Shown: one piece after another, positions 27,755-38,139 of the stretch
Position numbering within the stretch: position 1 is the stretch's first letter
How the letters are laid out: every line of letters starts with the position of its first letter
Assembly (NCBI RefSeq): GCF_006345805.1
Contig: NC_042998.1
Location: 45,446,001 to 45,510,000 of the forward strand
Reading direction: 5' to 3'
DNA: 64,000 nucleotides
Source of the DNA: Octopus sinensis
Lineage: Eukaryota
Program-made: the position numbers and the translations under genes
Notes under the pieces: generated by a model
What the model saw: the letters and a program-made list of their open reading frames with translations, nothing else
Databases searched by the model: none
What the model was told of the DNA's origin: nothing

Positions 27755-28130
27755 TACTAGCAGTATCGCCCGGTGTTGCTCGGGTTTGTAAGGGAAACAA
27801 CTATAAAGCATTTTTAGAGAGTTATAGCCAAAAAATGGGAAAAAAATGATGGTAAATTTTTTTTTAGTTAAAAAGGTCGACTTGCGTCCCCTAGACAGTC
27901 TGTGGTTTGTGTTTCTGATTCTCGACCCCATGTCGAATTTATCGGTTTTTTTCAGAACTGGGGGAACTTTTCAAAATTTTCGCTGCGTTAGTTTTGAATT
28001 ATGACATTGGGCTATGTGTGTGTCAAGTTTCATCAGAATCGGTTGAAAGCCGTGGTCAGGGTGAGGGTACGAGAAAACAGACACACAGAAACACACACAG
28101 ACAAACTGCCATTTATATATAGAGAGATAT
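27755..28130 (+). mobile_element. Helentron/Helitron-associated non-autonomous element (candidate)
   Basis: Starts TACTAGCAGTATCGCCCGGTGTTGCTCGGG (short hairpin) and ends acagacaaactgccatttatatatagagagat. The 5' part is shared with 54065. Confidence 0.55.
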
Positions 28131-28243
28131 ATACAATTTAAAAATAGGATAAAATCTTTATAAGAATTTATCAAGCAGTTATCATGAAAAACCTTATAAG
28201 AGAAAAATCACCAATTTTTCTCTTAAATATATTTATTCATATT

Positions 28244-28342
28244 ATATAGAGGGCATTACTATACATAGATGTGTTTATTTATTTTGATAGTTTTGACTTT
28301 AAGAGTCCCTCTTAGGGTGTGGACTTATGTATAGTAATGCCT

Positions 28343-28349
<7 letters not shown>
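28244..28349. repeat. Small MITE-like inverted repeat (24-bp arms)
   Basis: atatagagggcattactatacata / tatgtatagtaatgccttctatat. Confidence 0.75.
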
Positions 28350-28376
<27 letters not shown>

Positions 28377-29103
28377 CATCATCGTTTAACATCTGCTCTC
28401 CATGCTAGTATGAGTTGTACGGTTTGACATGGAGCTGGCTAGCAGGGAGCTGTCCAAACTCCAACCGTCTATGGTTGGTTGCTCTTTCTAATACCAGCCA
28501 CTTAGCAGAGTATGCTGGGTGCTTTTTACATGCCTCCAGCATGAGTGCATTAATGCAGCACCGGCACAGGTGTGTTAACACAGCACTGGCACCAGAAAGG
28601 ACAAGCTTGTATGTGTGGAAGAAAATGATTTTACTTTATACATATATATATATACTTTATTAATATTTTAGGCGCAGGAATGGCTGTGTGGTAAGTAGCT
28701 TGCTTACCAACCACATGGTTCCAGGTTCAGTCCCACTGCGTGGCACCTCGAGCAAGTGTCTTCTACTATAGCCTTGGGCCAACCAAAGTGTTGTGAGTGG
28801 ATTTAGTAGACATATATATGTCATATATATAAGTGTGTGTGTATGTATATATTTGTGTGTTTGTGTTTGTCCCCCCAACATCGCTTGACAACCGATGCTG
28901 GTGTGTTTATGTCCCCGTCACTTGAGAGACCGATAGAATAAGTACTAGGCTTACAAAGAATAAGTCCTGGGGTCGATTTGCTTGACTAAAGGCGGTGCTC
29001 CAGCATGGCCACAGTCAAATGACTGAAAGAAAAAGCTGCAAAGATACCACAAAAACTGTTTCTCAGAGTTTCACGTTCCTGTTTGTCGGACAGTTTTGGT
29101 GTA

Positions 29104-29155
<52 letters not shown>

Positions 29156-29156
29156 T

Positions 29157-29191
<35 letters not shown>

Positions 29192-29463
29192 GAGAAAGAA
29201 AGAAGGAAAGAGAGAAAGATAAGGGGCATCTGTCAGTCTCACAGATTATAGAAAGTTCTTGTGGAGGAGGATGACAAGCAGCTTCTGAAATGACTTCTCA
29301 GTCCAGTCTGCAACCAGTTACAAATATATGTTTTTTGCTGTTTCAAAGCTATTTTTACATCATGTAAAAACCAATCATAAGTAAAAAAGAAAAAGAAAGG
29401 AAAACAGATTAAAAAAATAGCAACATTTTTATATTGTTTTCAATTTTTTTGAATATTTTTCAC

Positions 29464-29469
29464 TTTATT
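29464..29469 (-). promoter_or_regulatory. Candidate polyadenylation signal of TAPT1
   Basis: AATAAA on the minus strand about 325 nt after the stop codon. The context is AT-rich, so specificity is low. Confidence 0.3.
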
Positions 29470-29794
29470 TGGAAAATAATCTTTAAATACAATTTTTAAA
29501 ACTTTTTTTTTTAAAATTATAATTATTGGGAAATTAAGTTAAAAATCCACTTTAAAGTCTGTAGAATATTCAACTTTGTTGGCATGTATTTCCATTGAAA
29601 TCTTTTAAGGAAATGTTGAACATTTGTACCCATAAACTTAACGCACTACCATACACGCACAAGTAATGAGTTTTAGTCAGAGGAAAAGGAGAAGGAGGAG
29701 GTGTTTGGTGTAGTGGTGGTGGAGGTGGTGATAGCCATAGTGTTAATGAAATTGAAACAACTAGAACGTCAAACCTGCTAACAGTTAAATTTTA

Positions 29795-30638
29795 TCATAG
29801 CCACCTTTCTTTTGGTAAATGTTGAGTCTTGTCTTCAGAGATTTTATTTAATGTAGCTTCTTGACAAATGTCATCTTGATCCATACTAGTAGATTTAGAT
29901 ATTTTTTCAACTGTCGGTGCACTTGATGCTTGCTGACTTTGGTTTTCAAAGAAGACATTTTCATCCACTGTACTTTTTCGTTTTCTAATAGTGTCCGCCA
30001 TCAAGCGGTTGTCTTCGTTATTGGACATGTTCACTACAGGTTTGTCGACAAGCTCTTCAGCGATGCCGCTTGGCTGGGACCTAATTACAACAGGTGGACT
30101 CACTGGTTCCGATTTCGTGGGCATCATTGGAGCATTCTCGAAGTCCTCATCCTGTTGAGTGTTGACTGCTTTGTCTAATGAAGCAATCGGCATAGCACCA
30201 GCAGGTGGGAACTCTTCCCATTCTCTGCTGCTAGAAATGAAACTACCACATCTACTGCTGGATTCTGCTGCTGCTGAAAGAGCAGCGGTAAAGGTGGCGG
30301 GAGCAAAGACTATAGTGGGGGCAGTGCTGGTAGTGGGAGTGGTTGGAGTAGGAGGAGGTGTGGAGGGCGTCATAGGAATGCTACTGCATGGAGAGTCTTC
30401 TGTTTTGTTTGGACAGCTTGTTGAAAGCAAAAGACTACTGATTTTAGTAGGGGTTACAGGAGCAACTGGCACTGAAATTATTGGTGGAGGTTGCTGTGTG
30501 CATTCTGCATTTGGAGATGATGATGGTGGAGGTGTTGAGGACTGTGACGATGGCGGTGGGGCTGATGTGGTTCCATAGATCAATTTGTTTGCACGACCAA
30601 GAAGTAGCAGGGTGTTCAGTACTTTAGTTGATGTCAAA
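29795..30638 (-). CDS. TAPT1: TAPT1 homolog, terminal coding exon with long S/T/P-rich tail
   Basis: Acceptor tttttttag|T completes a TG+T Cys codon. LTSTKVLNTLLLLGRA matches TAPT1 L...KVLN..LLG. The 280-codon open frame ends at TGA 29797-29795. Confidence 0.88.
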
Positions 30639-31661
30639 CTAAAAAAAGAAGAAACATAAAAAGTATCAGTTCATTTACACAAACAACTGAAGTATAAGTA
30701 CTAAAATTTTATTATATATCATCATCATCATCATTGTTATATTTCGTTTTTGGATTTGGTTTTTGGAACAGACAGAGTCAAGACTATTGAAAAGGTTGCA
30801 AGTCGCAACGAAAATTTTAAGGAAAATAAAAATATATATATATATATGATGAATTTCTTTCAGCTTTCTTCTACCAAATACACTCATAAGGTATGAGACT
30901 ATAGCAGAAGACACTTGTTCAAGGTGCCACGCAGTGGGACTGAACCCATATCCATGTGGTTGGGAAGCAAACTATTTACCACAATGCCACACCTATGCCT
31001 GCATCAAAAATAAATCTGATTTCAAACCAGAGGATATTTGCGTGACCCTGCATGTGTGCATGTACATATGTATATGCAATGTAACACTAAAGACAAAAAA
31101 GAAAATCAATTAATTTAATTATCTTTTATCTTTTGCTTGTATCAATCATTAGGCTGTGGCCATGCTGGGGTACCACCTTGAAGAACTTTTAGTCAAATGA
31201 ATCTACCCCAGTACTTAATTTGTTTGCTAAGCCTGGTACTTCTTCTAACAGTCTTTTTTGCCAAACCACTAAGTTACAGGGATGTAAACACACCAACAGA
31301 GGTTGTCAAGCAGTGGTGGGATGGACACACACACACACACACACAATGGGCTTCTTCCCATTTCCTTCTACCAAATCCACTCACAAGGCTTTGGTTGGCC
31401 TGAGGCTATAGTAGAACTTGCCCAAGGTGCCATGCAGTGGGACTGAACCTGGAACGATGTGGTTAGGAAGCAAGCTTTCTTACCACATAGTCAACCTACA
31501 CCAAGCCAACCCAGTGCCTAGGCACACCTGCACCTAGCCACGCAAAATAGAAATGCAAAAGATGAGTTACTCTTTTAAATTCAAACACTCTTTAATGCTA
31601 AGCTGTCTATGCATAAAATCAGGAATCAATTTTAAAGGCATAAAATACATTAATTACTTAC

Positions 31662-31807
31662 CAAAGATAAACCATTACCAAAACTGCAAAACCCAGATAC
31701 CCATGGACTTTAAATGAGCGGACACATACTTGATAGAGAATGCAGGCCAAAGGCAGAGGAGTGAAGCCCATTCGCCGAGATAAGAGATCAGAATGATCTG
31801 TGAAAGC
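31662..31807 (-). CDS. TAPT1: TAPT1 homolog, coding exon
   Basis: 146 bp; attatag|GCT … TG|gtaagt. Translates AFTDHSDLLSRRMGFTPLPLACILYQVCVRSFKVHGYLGFAVLVMVYL, containing the conserved RRMGF.PLPLA motif. Confidence 0.95.
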
Positions 31808-31809
31808 CT

Positions 31810-31957
31810 ATAATAATTATAATAATAATAATATTAATAATAATAATAATAACAATAATAACAACAACAACAACAATAGTATTAAAAACAACAATGATAA
31901 CAATAGTAATAATAATAACAATAACAATAGCAATAACAACAAAACAATAATAATAAT
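31810..31957. repeat. (AAT/AAC)n microsatellite abutting a TAPT1 splice acceptor
   Basis: Read directly; it begins immediately beyond the acceptor AG at 31809-31808. Confidence 0.95.
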
Positions 31958-33019
31958 CCTATCTGCTGTAGGCACAAAGCCCGAAGTTTTAGTGGAGGAG
32001 GCTAGTTGATAACATCGACCCCAGTATTCAACTGGTACTTATTTCATTGACTCTGAAAACTTGAAATGCAAAGTTGACCTCAGTGGAGTTTGAACTCATA
32101 ATGTAACGATTGATGAAATCCCATTAATAATATTAAAACGCTAAATTTTTGTTTTTGTACATATCTGTTGTGTACATCACACTTCAAAGAAGTGTATGTA
32201 TCTGTTGTGTGCATCACACATATCTGTTCTGTGCATCTGTTGTACATATCTGTTGTGTGCATCACACTTCAAAGAAGTGGCAAAGTGATAGAGAGGAGGA
32301 CAGAGAGGAAGAGAGAGAGAGAGAGAGAGTGAGTGAGTGAGTGAGAGAGAAAAAAGATAGTGAAAGCGTTCATTTTGTGTTTTTAAATGTTTCAGAGGAG
32401 GTAAGAGAGAAAGATAGAGAGTGAGAGAGAGAGAAAAAGTGAGAGAGAAACAGAGAGAGTGAAAGAGACAGTGAGTGGTGATGGCGTTCATTTTGTGTTT
32501 TTAAATGTTTATTAAATCGCAAGAGAAGTAGACACATAGATACATACACACATTGTTAAATCAAAAGCAGGAGAGAAGAGGGACACAAAGGAAGTGAAAG
32601 AGAAAGAGGGAAAGTGAGAGAGACAGTAGATACATAAAGCCAAAGAAAATTTCATACATAGATACATACACACAACAAATATTGGATGTCAATTTCACTT
32701 TTCATTACCACACGAGGATAAAATTAACTTATAAATGGCTGAGTACGCCACAGATATGCATAACATTAATGTAGTTCTCAGGGAGATTCAGCCTCACACA
32801 ATATGACAAGGCTTTGAATTACAGCTACAACTTGAAACATATATTTATATATACAAAATGAGAAAATGGAGAAACATACCTAAATCAATCATCAACCATC
32901 AGATAATACCCACTCAATACTTTATTAGACCATTACACAACAGCAATGACATTATACATAATATATTACAAATATAACTAGACATGGAAATAGAAACAGA
33001 AAATACAATTACATTGTAG

Positions 33020-33128
33020 CTGACAGCTGTTTCGGCCATGAAGACAGGTATGTCCCATTTAACCTATTAGCCATATAAAGCAGGTATAAATGAGACATTA
33101 ACAAGAATGTCTCACGGCCTCTTCAGAG
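33020..33128 (-). ncRNA. Hammerhead ribozyme motif (left arm; sense to TAPT1 pre-mRNA)
   Basis: Reverse-complement copy: CTGAAGA-GGCCGTGA…TCATGGCC-GAAA-CAGCTG-TC. The stem II substitution converts a G-C pair to a tolerated G.U pair. Confidence 0.6.
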
Positions 33129-35283
33129 AATTTAATGTAAGTATGAAAAAAATTTACATATAAATAAATAAATATATAAATATAAAAATGTGTGCATAGA
33201 CACTCATAATTCTACACATATATATATACACAATAATACATTATAAACAATATATATCAATATACATTAACAAACACAATAATGTTCCATATTGAACTCA
33301 TAGTTCTATATCCAACATCAAGGAAATACATGAACACTCATATTTAGATTTAAAGCAGGCATATATATTTAACAGTCCAGTCTATTAAAATGTATAACCA
33401 CACAAAAAGTCAATAAAATTAATATTAATATTAATAATAATAATAATAACCATGATTGTACCATGTAAAGCAAGCGGACATCCACATATATACTTAATAA
33501 GTCGAATTCATCTGTCTGCTTGGTATTGATTTACATAGATAGATTCGATTGGCTTATAGATTTAAATTTGAATCACAATGGAAATTTTACGGTTAGTTAG
33601 CCAAGAAACACACATACGCACACGCACATCCATACATAGTTATATGTATACACACACACACACACACCCACACACAGACATAGCCACATACACAGCCAAA
33701 TCATAAATAAATAAATAAATAATATAAGATGTAGAATCGCAACTTTACACATGCAAAACAGAGAAACCCAACCGATTGCACATACATGCATGCAGACAGA
33801 CAGACATCAAGCCACCCCAAACGACACCATGGCTGTTGTATTAACTAAGTAGATCCACTCACATATTTCCATAAACAGTAAATGCAAACATACATATAAT
33901 TATATCCAGATAGAGAATGTAATTTTTCATAAGGTACATAATTCATATGACACCGTATTTTTCGTAAACATAGTATTTTATAACTAAAAAGTCCGCAAAT
34001 TTAACCGCTATGCTTTATTCAAACAATCGCTAATTTATAAAGTATAGAATACCCATTTCTGTTTGACTATCAAGAGACATAAAAAAATATATATACTAAG
34101 TTAACAACGGTTTATAATAATTAAATTATAAGAGATTAATTGTAAGAAGTCAAAATACGCTAATATTCTAAGATATATAATCACAATAACTCCTTATAGC
34201 ATAAACAGATATCATCCCTACGTAATAAATCCAATGTTATTACAATACTAATATTTTTCTATTTAAACCCTCACCGCGAACTAATAGAATTACACTCACA
34301 TCTACATGTCCATATGTATACTCATGTGTAACAACAGACATGCACATACACACCATATATTTTCACATATGATGTGCGTGTAAACATTCGTAGTACTTAT
34401 ATATATATATATATATATTTTTAAGCAACAGTGGACACATAAATACATATATAATAATTAACAGGATTTAGCATTAAATAATATCAGTGGAGGACTTACC
34501 AATAAATAGTATATAAGTAAATAACAAAAATTAAATTAATTATAAGTTAATAATTGTAATTACTTAAAATTAAAATGTAATAAGATAAAATTAGATGAAA
34601 TAATTAAAATTAAAATGAAAATATAAGTAAAAGCTTGTATACATATATATATATTATTATAATAAATAATGGATATGTATGTATATATCTACATATAAAT
34701 AAATAAATGAATAAATAAATAGATAAATACCATAGAAAACAAATTAAGATAAATACAAAGGTACACCTAATATATAGTACTGCTAATATGTATATATCCA
34801 CATATGCATAAATGAATAGATAGATAGATAAATAACATAAAATAAAATGAAAATATACATTGAAAAGAGTATATATATAAACTTAGTATACAGGCTACTA
34901 TTATGTAAATATTTACTATATATGTGGATGTCCGCTTGCTTTACATGGTACAATCATGGTTGTTATTATTATTATTATTATTATTAATATTAATTTTATT
35001 GACTTTTCGTGTGGTTATACATTTTAATAGACTGGACTGTTAAATATATATGCCTGCTTTAAATCTAAATATGAGTGTACATGTATTTCCTTGATGTTGG
35101 ATATAGAACGATGAGTTCAATATGGAACATTATTGTGTTTGTTAATGTATGTTGATATATATTGTTTATAATGTATTATTGTGTATATATATATGTGTAG
35201 AATTATGAGTGTCTATGCACACATTTTTATATTTATATATTTATTTATTTATATGTAAATTTTTTTCATACTTACATTAAATT

Positions 35284-35392
35284 CTCTGAAGAGGCCGTGA
35301 GACATTCTTGTTAATGTCTCGTTTATACCTGCTTTATATGGCTAATAGGTTAAATGGGACATACCTGTCTTCACGGCCGAAACAGCTGTCAG
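35284..35392 (+). ncRNA. Hammerhead ribozyme motif with long stem II insertion (right arm)
   Basis: CTGAAGA (35286-92); stem II GGCCGTGA(35293-300)/TCACGGCC(35371-78); GAAA (35379-82); C-AGCT-G palindromic stem III; GTC ends at 35390. Proximal stem I is only CT/AG. Confidence 0.6.
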
Positions 35393-35754
35393 CTACAACG
35401 TAATTGTATTTTCTGTTTCTATTTCTATGTCTAGTTATATTTGTAATATATTATGTATAATGTCATTGCTGTTGTGTAATGGTTTAATAAAGTATTGATT
35501 GGGTATTATCTGATGGTTGATGATTGATTTAGGTATGTTTCTCCATTTTCTCATTTTGTATTATTAATTTACGGTAATAATTTTACCCTTGCCCACATAA
35601 TACAGTAGATGAATTAATTGCATCGCAATTTTTAACATTTATGTATTAGTTTTGTTGGGTACCTCTCTAGCAGTATATTGGATATATGTTATCCCATGGA
35701 GGGTTGAATTTACAACCCTATCTCATTTTATAATATATATATATATATATATAT

Positions 35755-36066
35755 TATCATTGTTTGATTTCACTTTTTCAATATCAGTGTCAATCGACAC
35801 TGAAAAAGTATATGTATTTGTGAGCGAAACTGAATTCTCGTCGACAACTATGATTGTCACACGCTGATGATAGGTAAACACCTTGAAACTCGAGTCCGTG
35901 TGTATCATAAGTTGAAGACGGGAAGGATGACTTCCCTTCACAAATACTGATAGGGCACAGATAGTGTGTCTATAGCCAGCTGGAGGAGATATCTTCCTAG
36001 GGCTACAAACTACAGTAGCATCCACCCTTAGGGGTTAGCCATATTCAAATGACAAATATGCATCAC
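35755..36066 (+). mobile_element. Retrozyme-like / non-autonomous hammerhead-bearing element (312 bp) in (TA)n
   Basis: Non-coding unit flanked by (TA)n on both sides. It carries the hammerhead and several hairpins: TCAGTGTC/GACACTGA, GTATTTGTGA/TCACAAATAC, GGGAAG/CTTCCC. Confidence 0.65.
35845..35914 (+). ncRNA. Type I hammerhead ribozyme motif
   Basis: Stem I CACACG(35858-63)/CGTGTG(35897-902), extended by TATGAT/ATCATA and CAAC/GTTG. Core CTGATGA (35864-70). Stem II AGGT-aaac-ACCT closed by a T.T pair. GAAA (35885-88). Palindromic stem III C-TCGA-G. GTC cleavage triplet ends at 35896. Confidence 0.8.
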
Positions 36067-37272
36067 TATATATATATATATATATATGAATGTATTTGTG
36101 TATGTGTATAGTTTAGGTTAGTTAAAACATGTTTGTAATAATAAGTGTCGTATGGTGGAAATAAATGCAATTACCAAACTTTCATTCACAAGTCCATTTA
36201 TTATTTCGCTCTTTTGCATTTCAATTTGTACATTAAGGCTCTTTGAATACGTATGATGTATTTTAAGGTTGAATAGTAATTCTGTTTATGTTTGTGTAAC
36301 TGAGATATTTTGGTTGGATTATTTAGTCATTGGTGTTACATTACTTTCTATATTCTGTAACTGACACAATATACTTTTCGAGGCCTGAATTTTTTTGTGG
36401 GGAGGGGGTCAGTTTATTAGACTGGCCCCAGTACACAACTGATAATTTACCCACCCCAAAAAGACGAAAGGCAAAATTGATCTCGGCAGAATTTGAACTC
36501 AGAACATAAAGGCAGATGGTCATAATATGCAAACATTTTTCATGGCACCAGTATTTCCATGAATTTTTCATGGGTCCAGCTAGTGCTTATGATTCTGCCA
36601 GCTCACCATCTTAATAATAATGATAATGGTTTCAAATTTTGCCACAAGGGCAGCAATTTTTTATGGGAGGAGACTATTCAAATGGTACTTAATTTATCGA
36701 CCCTGAAAGGATGAAAGACAAAGTTGACCTCAGTGCAATTTGAACTCAGAACATGAGGACAGATGGAATACCACTAAAAGAGTAAAATGGAAAAAAATAA
36801 AATAAAGTAATATAATTGGATAAAGTACAATAGTGAGTAAAAAGTGAATTGGAAAAAAAATGATATAAATAATAGAATATATAATAACCATAATTCAATA
36901 AACAAGTATAATATGAGATGAATCAAAATATACGAAAAAAAATTTAAATATAAGAAAGAAGTATGGTATAAATTTCTAAGCCACAATTTGTGGTGTATAA
37001 GATAGATAAGGCTGACCGTAGTCACAGATTCATTCATATAGCGAATTTAAAGTGTATAATATATAAGAAAGTATTTATATTGCATACAATATAAGGGATT
37101 CTTTATTCTTTTACTTGTTTGAGTCATTTGACTGTGGCCATGCTGGAGCACCACCTTTAGTTGAACGAATCGATTGTAAGACTTATTCTTTGTAAGCCTA
37201 GTACTTTTAATCAATCAAAAATTCATTGGAAACAGCTGTAGTGGATTGACACATTATCCATCTGTTGTTATA

Positions 37273-38139
37273 CAAGGTCTGATCAATAAGTATCCGGACT
37301 GTTGCCATAGTAATAAAGCTAAAGTATGCAGGGTAAAGCTACTTAGCAAAATTAACCTACAACTCTGCTGTGCATGCGCACTAAGTTTTAACGTTCTAGC
37401 TCACTTCTGCTGTTTACAGCAGTGCTTGGAAGGAAGGTGTGTAGCATGTGATTGTTGCACTGACCATAACAGAGGAAGTTGTCATGGCGATACTTGTTCA
37501 GAGGCCTATACAAAGTTGCGGAAAGTGTATGGAGAGGAGTGTATGAGACACACACAAGTGTACGAGTGGTTCAGATGTTTTCAAGATGGCCAGAAAAAGT
37601 CAATATTGACGAACGTTATGGGAGACCAGTAGAACTGAGAAAAACATTGCAGATGTGCGTGCAGCTGTGAGGGAAAAATGTTGAATCACAATCCACAAGT
37701 TATCAGAAGATATGCAGATTAGTTACGGTTCAGTTCAGTCCATTATCACTGAAGATTTGAGTATGAGATGCGTGTCTGCAAAGTTTGTGCCAAAACTGCT
37801 TTCAGCTAACCAAAAAGACACTTGGGTTTCAGTTGCACAAGATCTCCTTGAGTGTGTTGAGAACAATGAAAACTTTGCATAGGCCTCTGCACATGTATTG
37901 CCAAGCTTTTGGTAAAATTTGATGCAGATTCTCTGCTCAATTTTCTCTGTCATGGTCAATGTGATGATCACACGTTACACACCTTCCTTCCAAGCATTGC
38001 TGTAAACAGTGGAAGTGAGTTAGAATGTTAGAACTTAGTGTGCCTGCACAGCAGAGTTCAAGTTTAATCTGTGCCAAGCTACTCTGTGTACTTTAGCTTT
38101 GTTACTATGGCAACAGTCCGGATACTTATTGATCAGACC
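37273..38139. mobile_element. Mariner-derived fold-back element with two 5' ends
   Basis: GGTCTGATCAATAAGTATCCGGACTGTTGCCATAG at both ends, inverted, extending ~250 bp. Transposase N-terminal remnants appear in both orientations (EAYTKLRKVYGEEC..TQVYEWF; MTEKIEQRICIKF..LGNTCAEAYAK; CVSAKFVPKLL). Confidence 0.85.

Larger units (their letters stand above)
32851..35725. mobile_element. Penelope-like-element-type structure: ~640-bp inverted repeats around a 1.42-kb AT-rich spacer
   Basis: Arm 32851-33492 is the near-exact reverse complement of 34917-35561, and each arm has a hammerhead motif. The right arm continues (35562-35725) into a tail also seen at ~7588-7740 and ~58610-58765. No intact RT or GIY-YIG ORF is visible. 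Confidence 0.65.

Noticed and set aside
30159-30578. 139-aa plus-strand ORF (and 29930-30178)
   Set aside because: Antisense shadow of the S/T/P-rich TAPT1 last exon; no independent evidence.
33900-34300. Possible GIY-YIG endonuclease remnant in the inverted-repeat spacer
   Set aside because: Only a faint LN..REL..-like peptide amid stops; cannot be supported without a profile search.
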